Source: Moraxella nasovis (lineage in GTDB: Bacteria; Pseudomonadota; Gammaproteobacteria; Pseudomonadales; Moraxellaceae). From it: a stretch of 32,000 nt of DNA. Of the stretch, positions 18,060 through 25,058 are shown in pieces. Each line of letters opens with the position of its first letter. Position 1 is the first letter of the stretch. Under the pieces are notes generated by a model. It was given only the letters and a program-made list of their open reading frames with translations. It made no database searches and was not told the DNA's origin. Made by a program: the position numbers and the translations under genes. The DNA is taken from NCBI RefSeq assembly GCF_022701215.1, contig NZ_CP089976.1, positions 120,001 through 152,000 of the forward strand, in the 5' to 3' direction.

Positions 18060-18887
18060 TTAAAATTGAAATTTGGCATTTTCATTTCTCAGAGTTTGTT
18101 GAATTTGTTTGATAATAGCAACCAAAACATTGACCGCCACGCTATTGCCAAATTGTTGGTAGGCTTGCGATTGACTAGAAACAATTTTAAAATCATCACC
18201 AAAGCCCAAAATTCTAGCGCACTCGCGCGTAGATAATTTGCGTACAGTATCGCCTACTTTATAAAGTCCTGTTTTTGAGCCAACACCGCCACCATAAGCT
18301 GATAGCGTAATGGCGTGTCCTAAGGGGTGATAAATGCGTTCACCTTGTCCGCCTTTGCCAACTCTGCCGATTTGAATGGGTTTATTTGGCAAGATTTCTA
18401 AGCCAAACATATCAGATTGACCATCAATGGATCTGGTAAAAACAATGTCATCACGGTGGACAATTTTAGCAATAGGATTATTTTCCAAAAAGTCTTGCAA
18501 ACTTACCTGTTTATCGCTTGGTTTTGGAAAGGTAAACTCTTTGATATTTAAACCTTTATGAAAGCACACAAAATAAATCCGCTCACGATTTTGTGGTAAT
18601 TCAAAATCAGACGCATTTAAAATTTGATAATAAACATGATAATTAAGCTCATCTAAAATACTTAATACCGTTTTTAGCGTATTACCTTGATCATGCTGTG
18701 GAATGTCGTTCTCGTGAATGTCTGTGATATCGCCAAATGGTTCAATATGAAAATTCGCCTGATAAGTCTTTTGGGCGTGTTTATCCCATTCGGACGCAAA
18801 GACGCATTCTGCACCAAACTTGGACAATGCCAAATGAAAACCACCCACGCCTGCAAACAAATCAATAAAAGTAAAATTTTTCATCAT
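18060..18887 (-). CDS. C5 DNA cytosine methyltransferase homolog of M.HhaI (GCGC-type TRD) with in-frame loss of catalytic motifs IV-VI
   Basis: 275-aa ORF with motif I FIDLFAGVGGF, SEWD and GDIT. IPQHD then joins directly to QGNTLKTV, so PCQ and ENV are missing. After that come PQNRERIY (VIII), the TRD GKGGQGERIYHPLGHAITLSAYGGGVGSKTGLY (M.HhaI: GKGGQGERIYSTRGIAITLSAYGGGIFAKTGGY), RKLSTRECARILGF (IX) and QFGNSVAVNV (X). Confidence 0.85.
   Translation of the reverse strand: MMKNFTFIDLFAGVGGFHLALSKFGAECVFASEWDKHAQKTYQANFHIEPFGDITDIHENDIPQHDQGNTLKTVLSILDELNYHVYYQILNASDFELPQNRERIYFVCFHKGLNIKEFTFPKPSDKQVSLQDFLENNPIAKIVHRDDIVFTRSIDGQSDMFGLEILPNKPIQIGRVGKGGQGERIYHPLGHAITLSAYGGGVGSKTGLYKVGDTVRKLSTRECARILGFGDDFKIVSSQSQAYQQFGNSVAVNVLVAIIKQIQQTLRNENAKFQF
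18835..18887 (-). repeat. Direct repeat copy 2 (first 53 nt of the 275-aa methyltransferase ORF)
   Basis: 52/53 nt identical to 17965-18017. Both encode MMKNFTFIDLFAGVGGFH. Confidence 0.9.
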
Positions 18888-18899
18888 ATTTTAAATTTG

Positions 18900-19583
18900 C
18901 TACTTCTTGCCCTGCTCCGCTAGCGTCTTCCACGCATTGTTGCGTAGATACACAGGCAAGGCGTTTTCGGCAGTTACCGCCCTGCCGTCCAAAAACAGCG
19001 GATAGGCAAGGCGTGCGATATGACTTGCATTTGGGCGTATGTTTAGCTTTTTGGCATCAGCTTGAATCAAATCCACGCCATCACCTACCACCACATCACT
19101 TGCCACAACGCCATCATAATCTAATAAATACTCATCTTGGGCAATGATTTTGCCATCTTGGATAATAAAATCGCCTGCATAAACTTGGTTTTGGCGTGCG
19201 TCCATGACAGCGGTGATGGTCGTGCCATTTGGCAAATTTTCGCCATCATGTGCCATCAGTGCCAATGCCAAAAGACTAGATATGCCAATGCAAGGGGCAT
19301 CATTGGCGACCGATAACGCCTGCACAAGGGCGGTATTGATACGAATACCGCTAAACGCCCCTGGCCCACGATTAAACGCCCACGCTCCCACGTCCGACAC
19401 CGTTAGCCCCACACTTTGTAAGGCTTTGTCCAGCATCGGTAAAATAATCTCAGTCTGCCCACGCCCCCCTGCTACGGTCTTAGTGTACAGAATGTCGCCC
19501 TCTTGCAAAATGGCAATAGAGCATTGTTCAAAAATCGTATCAAAAGCGATGATGGTCGCTTTGTTTTTTGGGGTATTTGGCAT
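18900..19583 (-). CDS. tsaB: tRNA threonylcarbamoyladenosine biosynthesis protein TsaB
   Basis: 227-aa ORF with an ASKHA-fold TsaB pattern (IIAFDT...CSIAIL, AFNRGPGAFSGIRI) and TsaB-like length. Confidence 0.88.
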   Translation of the reverse strand: MPNTPKNKATIIAFDTIFEQCSIAILQEGDILYTKTVAGGRGQTEIILPMLDKALQSVGLTVSDVGAWAFNRGPGAFSGIRINTALVQALSVANDAPCIGISSLLALALMAHDGENLPNGTTITAVMDARQNQVYAGDFIIQDGKIIAQDEYLLDYDGVVASDVVVGDGVDLIQADAKKLNIRPNASHIARLAYPLFLDGRAVTAENALPVYLRNNAWKTLAEQGKK

Positions 19584-19597
19584 GGCTGTTATCGCCC

Positions 19598-19656
19598 AAT
19601 GGTTAAAGGTAGTTGAATGGTTAAAGGTAGTTGAAAATGGTCAAACATGGTCAAAC
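19598..19656. repeat. Two adjacent perfect tandem duplications upstream of tsaB (18 bp x2, then 10 bp x2)
   Basis: AATGGTTAAAGGTAGTTG at 19598-19615 and again at 19616-19633. ATGGTCAAAC at 19637-19646 and again at 19647-19656. All four units share ATGGT(T/C)AAA. Confidence 0.9.
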
Positions 19657-19690
19657 AACGAAAAACACCCAAACCCAGTTGGGTGTTTTG
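19657..19690 (-). terminator. Rho-independent terminator downstream of ffh
   Basis: AACACCCAA (19664-19672) pairs with TTGGGTGTT (19679-19687) around a 6-nt loop. On the minus strand the hairpin is followed by TTTTTCG. Confidence 0.65.
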
Positions 19691-19722
19691 TCGGTTTTGG
19701 GTCGTTTTGGTTGCCTTCATGA

Positions 19723-21258
19723 TTAAAAGCGTTTTTTAAAATTAGGAAATTGCCCCTCCATCTCCTGCATCTGCTTTTGCATCTCTTCCATGCTTGGCAT
19801 ATTGTTCGGATCAAGCCCCAAATCTGTCATGGATTTTCGCAGTTGGGTGGTGTCCATATTTGGCTGAGCCTGAGCCTGACCGCCAAACAAAGGACCGCCA
19901 GACATACCTTTGGTTAGCCCTTGTACCGCTTTCATCATTTTGCCAATGCCATCAGGACGGCTGATCATTTTCATCATTTTTGCCATTTGCTTGTGCTGTT
20001 TTAGCAGGCGGTTCACGTCTTGGATTTGCTTGCCAGAACCAGCAGCGATACGGCGTTTACGGCTTGGGGTGATTTTGTCAGGATTTTGACGCTCAAACGG
20101 TGTCATAGAGTGAATGAGTGCCTCCATCTCTTTGACCTTCTCCTCAGGTTTCGCCTCTTCCATCGCCTTTTGAATATCAGCACCACCCATACCCGGCATT
20201 TTATCCAAAAAGCCTGCCATACCGCCTAGACTTTTCATTTGCTCAAATTGATTGAGCAAATCATCTAAGTCAAACTCACCGCCTTTTTGTAGTTTTTTTG
20301 CCATGCGTTCGGCTTGTTCACGGTCAATTTTACTCTCCACCTCCTCAACCAATGACAGCACATCGCCCATACCCAATATACGCTGAGCGATACGTTCTGG
20401 GTGAAACAGTTCAAGTGCATCTAGCTTCTCGCCACGACCCAAAAACTTAATCGGCTTACCAGTGATCGCTTTTACAGACAATGCAGCACCGCCACGAGCA
20501 TCGCCATCGGTTTTGGTGAGAATCACACCTGTCAGTGGCAACGCATCATTAAACGCCTTGGCGGTATTGGCAGCGTCTTGACCTGTCATACTATCTACAA
20601 CAAACAAAATCTCAGCAGGATTGACCGCTGCTGCCAAGCCTTGAATCTCATCCATCATCTCATGGTCAACGTGCAATCGCCCTGCTGTATCAATGATCAA
20701 AATGTCTTGAAACTGCACCTTAGCCTGCTCTATGGCATGACGAGCAATGTCTATGGGTTTTTCGTTGCTATGCGATGGTACAAAACTTGCACCCACCTGA
20801 GAAGCGACCTGCTCCAACTGCTTGATGGCTGCTGGACGATAAACGTCCGCCGAGACCAACATGACTTTTTTCTTTTGTTTTTCGTGTAGGTATTTGGCAA
20901 GTTTGCCTGCGGTTGTTGTTTTGCCAGCACCTTGTAGACCTGCAAGCAGATAAACCATCGGCGGTTTGCCTGTCATCTGCAAGCCTTGATTGGCAGAACC
21001 CATCATCTCAGACAGCTCGTCATAGACGATTTTAACAAAGGCTTGACCCGGCTGTAATTCCTTTAACACATTTTGACCAAGGGCTTTTTCTTTGACTTTC
21101 GCAACAAACTCTCGGGCGACAGGCAAGGCAACGTCCGCTTCTAACAATGCCATACGCACTTCACGCAAGGTATCTTTGATGTTATCTTCATTCAAAGTCC
21201 CTGAGCCTGCAATATTTCGCAAACTACCAGACAATCGTTCGGTTAAAGTATCAAACAT
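19723..21258 (-). CDS. ffh: Signal recognition particle protein Ffh
   Basis: 511-aa ORF with an N-domain, the SRP54 GTPase motifs GLQGAGKTTT, DTAGR and TKTDGD, and a Met-rich M domain. The C-terminal Q/M-rich extension is longer than in E. coli. Confidence 0.97.
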   Translation of the reverse strand: MFDTLTERLSGSLRNIAGSGTLNEDNIKDTLREVRMALLEADVALPVAREFVAKVKEKALGQNVLKELQPGQAFVKIVYDELSEMMGSANQGLQMTGKPPMVYLLAGLQGAGKTTTAGKLAKYLHEKQKKKVMLVSADVYRPAAIKQLEQVASQVGASFVPSHSNEKPIDIARHAIEQAKVQFQDILIIDTAGRLHVDHEMMDEIQGLAAAVNPAEILFVVDSMTGQDAANTAKAFNDALPLTGVILTKTDGDARGGAALSVKAITGKPIKFLGRGEKLDALELFHPERIAQRILGMGDVLSLVEEVESKIDREQAERMAKKLQKGGEFDLDDLLNQFEQMKSLGGMAGFLDKMPGMGGADIQKAMEEAKPEEKVKEMEALIHSMTPFERQNPDKITPSRKRRIAAGSGKQIQDVNRLLKQHKQMAKMMKMISRPDGIGKMMKAVQGLTKGMSGGPLFGGQAQAQPNMDTTQLRKSMTDLGLDPNNMPSMEEMQKQMQEMEGQFPNFKKRF

Positions 21259-21426
21259 AATTATTCCAAAGTTAAATCATTTCAAAGTTAAATTTAAAAT
21301 CAAACAGCAAGACTGCTACAAATCCCCCCTATTTTATGATAAATTATGCAATTATGCCAATTTTAATTAAAAGTATGGGGAAAAATACGTCATTTGTGGC
21401 GTTTTTATCCAAATTTAGGGGTTGTT

Positions 21427-22218
21427 GTGCTAATTATTTATTTATTGACCGCATTGATTTACGCCATCACAGGTCTGACCTTATACCAAAAACTCATCAA
21501 ACAGCAACCCATCAATAAAACCGCTGTTATTTTGGTGTTATTGCTTGGGGCAGGATTGCACGGTCTTTTATTGTATCCACAAGTCATTACCTTGTATGGG
21601 CTAAATTTCAACATCTTTAATAGCATCAGTCTGATTAGCCTGTTTTTTTTGGTGTTTTTTGTGTTATTTAGCCTATATCGTCCAATTTTAAGTCTGGGCA
21701 TACTCGCTACACCCACCGCCTTGATTGGGCTGAGCATGGGGTATTTTGGGCGTGCCAGTTATGAACCTTTAACCCACCTAAGCCCCTTATTACAAATACA
21801 CATATTGCTTTCTTTTTCTGCGTACTGCGTGCTACTGATGGCAACCGTGCAAGCTGTCATTTTACGCCTACAAATCCGAGAGCTTAAACACAAGACCATA
21901 CACAGATTTTGGGTAAGCAAATTACCAAGCCTACAAAGCATGGAAAGCCTACTGTTTGACATGATATTGGTGGGTTTTGTGATTTTGAGCATTGCACTTG
22001 GGCTTGGCGTGGTTGCCACTTATAATATCATGGCACAGCACATCGCACATAAGCTATTTTTTAGTCTGCTGTCATGGCTTGTTTTTGGTATTTTTATTGT
22101 GGGTCATTATCGTCAAGGCTGGCGTGGAAAACGTGCGGCAAATTTTACCATCTATGGATTTATCCTGCTTGCCATTGGGTTTGTCGGTTCAAAAGCAGTA
22201 CTTACCTTGCTGACATAA
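21427..22218 (+). CDS. ypjD: Inner-membrane cytochrome c assembly family protein (YpjD/CcsA-like)
   Basis: Polytopic ORF divergent from ffh, as ypjD is in E. coli. The track ORF starts at a TTG (21394). The GTG at 21427, preceded by AGGGG, gives 263 aa. The start is uncertain. Confidence 0.75.
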   Translation: MLIIYLLTALIYAITGLTLYQKLIKQQPINKTAVILVLLLGAGLHGLLLYPQVITLYGLNFNIFNSISLISLFFLVFFVLFSLYRPILSLGILATPTALIGLSMGYFGRASYEPLTHLSPLLQIHILLSFSAYCVLLMATVQAVILRLQIRELKHKTIHRFWVSKLPSLQSMESLLFDMILVGFVILSIALGLGVVATYNIMAQHIAHKLFFSLLSWLVFGIFIVGHYRQGWRGKRAANFTIYGFILLAIGFVGSKAVLTLLT

Positions 22219-22315
22219 GTTTTGTTATTAGCGTTTTTATTTCATCGCTTGGGCACACCTTTATGTCTTTTGTAGGTCTTTGTTTTATATCTATCCGACA
22301 TCAATCCATCAAATC

Positions 22316-22340
22316 AAAAAGCCCAACTCAGGGCTTTTTT
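22316..22340. terminator. Bidirectional rho-independent terminator between the convergent ypjD-like and PepSY genes
   Basis: AAAAAGCCC (22316-22324) pairs with GGGCTTTTT (22331-22339) around a 6-nt loop, flanked by A and T runs. Confidence 0.65.
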
Positions 22341-22370
22341 GAATGATACTAGGTGCTTATCAAATATAAG

Positions 22371-22958
22371 TTAGTCATCGTATTTAACTTGGCTTTTTAA
22401 TATCGCACCGTTTGACGCATCTATCAAAATTTGATAAGGATAATCGCCGATGATGTCCACTTCGTATTTCGCCCCTGTGATTTCATGGTCCAAACTGATT
22501 TCACGCACCACACCCTTGCCTAGATTTTGGGCGATTGTCAATGCGTCTGCCAAACTTAGCTTGACATTTGGCAATACGTTTAGGTCATATTCTTTTTGGA
22601 TAGATAGTACTTCGCCTGTGCGAGCATCAATCCAAACTTGATATTCGTGCGTGGTGCTAATGGTCTCAATGGTATAAACCATCGCAGAAGCCGTAGCACT
22701 GTGTGCAATCAGCCCTTGTACTTCTAAATTCACCGCCCTACCGCCTGTCTTGGTCTCGGCGATGGCGACTGCCTTAGCAATGTCAAATAAGCCTTGCTTG
22801 CTTTGGATATTGGCATATTGACCCACAGGCTGAGTATTGATGTTGGCATTTGTGCTTAGGGCAGACTTAGTGGCAGGGGCGATGACCTGCTCACCATTAC
22901 TACACCCTGCCAAAATCGCAAGCGTCACGGTAGCGATGGTTAAGGTTTTTAATTTCAT
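22371..22958 (-). CDS. Lipoprotein with tandem PepSY-like domains
   Basis: 195-aa ORF with a signal peptide and lipobox (LAILAGCS). It has two repeated modules of the type ...AIA.....G..V.....E.....YEV.I (FDIAKAVAIAE...YTIE...YQVWIDARTGEVL and LADALTIAQ...GAKYEVDI...ILIDASNGAIL). Confidence 0.72.
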   Translation of the reverse strand: MKLKTLTIATVTLAILAGCSNGEQVIAPATKSALSTNANINTQPVGQYANIQSKQGLFDIAKAVAIAETKTGGRAVNLEVQGLIAHSATASAMVYTIETISTTHEYQVWIDARTGEVLSIQKEYDLNVLPNVKLSLADALTIAQNLGKGVVREISLDHEITGAKYEVDIIGDYPYQILIDASNGAILKSQVKYDD

Positions 22959-23316
22959 GATTGGTCTCCAATATGGATTGGGTGAATTTGGTATGTTTAA
23001 TTTACCTAATAGCTTGGGTTGTCTTAGATTTGGATTGTTAATGAAATGCTATCACCAAGTTTTCTATTTGGATTAAAGATTATCAAATAAAGTCAAGGTG
23101 CTAAACAATACTAACCATCTTACCACTTGTTTACTCAAGTGTCTATGACAACCTAAAATACTTAGGATAAAATAAGACAACAAAAGAGCAACTGTTTTAA
23201 CCGCTGTTTTTAACTGCCAATTACCAACAATCGCCCAAACAGACAAAACCATCTGGTCGATTGATAGAATATTGACGTAAAATTTGCTGGTTGTTTATCC
23301 GATGAGATGTGCGTTT

Positions 23317-24168
23317 TTAGATACCAGCTTCTTTTTCGGCAGCTTCTACCGTTTGGCGAATGAGTGTATTGATGGTCATTGGACCTACGCCACCTGGTAC
23401 TGGCGTGTACGCAGATGCAATATTTTCAATACCATCAAGCTCAATATCGCCACAGCCCCCTGTATCGCTTGGGTGAAATCCTGCATCAACAACGACAGCA
23501 CCTGACTTAATCCAGTCTTTTTTGATGAGTTCTGGCACGCCCACCGCACCGATGACAATGTCTGCTTGGCGGATATGCTCTTCAAGATTTTGTGTGCGTG
23601 AATGGCAAATGGTAACGGTGCAATTGGCATTAAGTAGCATAGCTGCCATCGGCTTGCCCAAAATCGCACTACGCCCCACCACCACAGCGTGCTTGCCAGA
23701 CAGATTGATGTCATAATGTGCCAACAGGTGCATGATGCCTTGGGGTGTACAAGAGCCATAAGCAGACTCACCCATCGCCATACGCCCATAGCCAAGACAG
23801 GTAACGCCGTCCACATCTTTGGCAAGGCGGATCTGATCAAAACAAGCACGCTCATCAATTTGTGCTGGCACAGGGTGTTGTAGTAAGATGCCATGAACAT
23901 CAGGATTGGCGTTCAATTCATCAATCTTTGCCAATAGCTCCTTGGTGGTTGTCTCACTTGGCATCTCCACACGAATGCTGTCCATGCCGATTCGCTTGCA
24001 AGCATTGCCCTTCATACGCACATAAGTTGCACTGGCAGGGTCATCACCCACCAAAATGGTCGCCAAAATCGGCGTGCGTCCTGTTTTTTGTTTTAAGGTT
24101 GCCACTCGTGCCGACAGTTCATTTTCAATAGAACTTGCCAATGCTTTACCGTCTAATATCTGTGCCAC
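23317..24168 (-). CDS. folD: Bifunctional methylenetetrahydrofolate dehydrogenase/methenyl-THF cyclohydrolase
   Basis: 283-aa ORF with a GTG start preceded by AAGGGGG. It has [25 protein letters not shown], the Rossmann [11 protein letters not shown] and the C-terminal [11 protein letters not shown]. Confidence 0.95.
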   Translation of the reverse strand: MAQILDGKALASSIENELSARVATLKQKTGRTPILATILVGDDPASATYVRMKGNACKRIGMDSIRVEMPSETTTKELLAKIDELNANPDVHGILLQHPVPAQIDERACFDQIRLAKDVDGVTCLGYGRMAMGESAYGSCTPQGIMHLLAHYDINLSGKHAVVVGRSAILGKPMAAMLLNANCTVTICHSRTQNLEEHIRQADIVIGAVGVPELIKKDWIKSGAVVVDAGFHPSDTGGCGDIELDGIENIASAYTPVPGGVGPMTINTLIRQTVEAAEKEAGI

Positions 24169-24266
24169 ACTTACCCCCTTTTGGTTTTGTCAATAAAATA
24201 TAAAAAAGGCGTTAATTTTATCATACCATTAGAATTTTTGAAAATTTCACGCTATTACTGGTTGAT

Positions 24267-24971
24267 TTATGGCGATTTTTTAACCTTACCGAACTGCCAG
24301 TTATACAGCTGTTGCAAATTCTGATCGCCTGCCACCAACTCGATTTTCATCTGCTGTGGTGTGAAGTCTTTTGGCATGATAAAACGCCCTTGAATCTTAG
24401 CAACCCCATCAATCTGATAGCTAGACGGCTCAAGCGGAATCTGCACCATGCTGGTTGAGTTTAACAAGGTAAGCTTAGGTATCATGCGTGCTGCTTGACC
24501 ATTTACATCGACCATAGCCACATCAAAGCGGTACTCATACGCATCGCCTTCTAAAGGTTCAATGTGTGCCGATAAGATTTTAAGGGCAATGCCACCATGC
24601 TCAGCAGCAGATGATTTTAGGATGTCATTTAACTGTTGGAGCTGGGCATTTTTAGCTTGCAAAGCGTCATAATTTGCCTGAAGCTGGTATAAATTAGTCG
24701 ATGTAATATCACGTTCTTGGGTGATTTGGCTAACTTGCAGACGAAGTTGATTATTATCTGCACGAAGCTTAGCAGCGTCTTCAGCACTCAGATGAGCACC
24801 ATCTGTCTTCATCGCTGCTGTTACGTTATGAGCCCCTTGTCTAAAGCCTACTTTATAACCAATCACCGCAACGACAGCACATGAAAATAATAATGCCGCC
24901 AAAAACAGTGCTATGATTTGACCGATCGCACCTTGATAAATGATAGAGTTTTTTAGGTTCTTAGCTAACAT
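24267..24971 (-). CDS. Hypothetical membrane-anchored coiled-coil protein
   Basis: 234-aa ORF with one N-terminal TM helix (IIALFLAALLFSCAVVAVIGY), then a heptad-like Q/L-rich segment (LRADNNQLRLQVSQITQERD...LQANYDALQAKNAQLQQLNDILK) and a beta-rich C-terminal domain. I cannot assign a family from sequence alone. Confidence 0.65.
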   Translation of the reverse strand: MLAKNLKNSIIYQGAIGQIIALFLAALLFSCAVVAVIGYKVGFRQGAHNVTAAMKTDGAHLSAEDAAKLRADNNQLRLQVSQITQERDITSTNLYQLQANYDALQAKNAQLQQLNDILKSSAAEHGGIALKILSAHIEPLEGDAYEYRFDVAMVDVNGQAARMIPKLTLLNSTSMVQIPLEPSSYQIDGVAKIQGRFIMPKDFTPQQMKIELVAGDQNLQQLYNWQFGKVKKSP

Positions 24972-25058
24972 AGAAATATTGAGTTACTGTAAAATGGCGA
25001 CATTATAGCAAATACTGCTCTAGTATTAATGAAATTTTTACACTCAAACACAAAAATA

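Noticed and set aside
16569-18894. ATTTTA present at both island edges (16570-16575 and 18889-18894) as a possible target-site duplication
   Set aside because: A 6-bp A/T-only word is expected by chance many times in AT-rich DNA. No terminal inverted repeats or recombinase support a transposition origin.
19204-19722. 172-aa plus-strand ORF spanning tsaB antisense and the tsaB-ffh spacer
   Set aside because: Most of it is antisense to tsaB. The rest runs through the tandem repeats and the ffh terminator hairpin. It has no motifs or RBS.
22959-23316. Repeated TTTGGATT-like words and a CTGTTTT(T)AAC direct repeat (23192-23218) in the PepSY-folD spacer
   Set aside because: These are short, imperfect, AT-rich repeats. 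They are plausible promoter-region noise with no symmetric operator or coding potential.
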